Below, piece by piece: positions 63,930 to 64,000 of a stretch of DNA of 64,000 bases. The notes under the pieces are model-generated. The model did no database searches, was not told where the DNA came from, and worked only from the letters and a program-made list of their open reading frames with translations. The first letter of the stretch is position 1. Every line of letters starts with the position of its first letter. A program made the position numbers and the translations under genes. Source of the stretch: Octopus sinensis (taxonomy: Eukaryota); assembly GCF_006345805.1 (NCBI RefSeq), contig NC_043016.1:31868001-31932000 (forward strand), given 5' to 3'.

Positions 63930-64000
63930 GTGAGCAAAGATCATTAAAGTATTTTCCCTTTCGAATTTAAACACACACACACACACACATAATATTAATA

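Overview
AT-rich, repeat-dense animal DNA. It is most likely an octopod cephalopod, inferred from the tRNA-SINE, RTE-tail and microsatellite landscape. Almost the whole window is intronic sequence of one minus-strand gene for a PDZ-domain protein (STXBP4-like is my best guess). I assembled it by hand from exons the ORF track misses: a 5'UTR exon ending at 62896, then coding exons 44098-44028, 29023-28944, 24146-24051 and 15021-14952. These splice in frame into a nearly complete PDZ domain, and the gene appears to continue past the left edge. A 17-nt microexon at 33256-33240 offers an alternative in-frame start. A probable bidirectional promoter at about 62900-63900 also drives a plus-strand gene whose first coding exon is 63897-63929. 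The introns hold a 5'-truncated Penelope-like (Naiad-type) element with hammerhead-ribozyme repeats, an RTE LINE 3' half, mariner remnants, piggyBac-type and hAT-type MITEs, a Helentron-like HINE and many nested SINEs. The most unusual object is at 20597-21029: one TSD-flanked, non-coding, fold-back insertion that joins a tRNA-derived head to two inverted minimal hammerhead motifs. All coordinates were counted by eye, and repeat boundaries are approximate.
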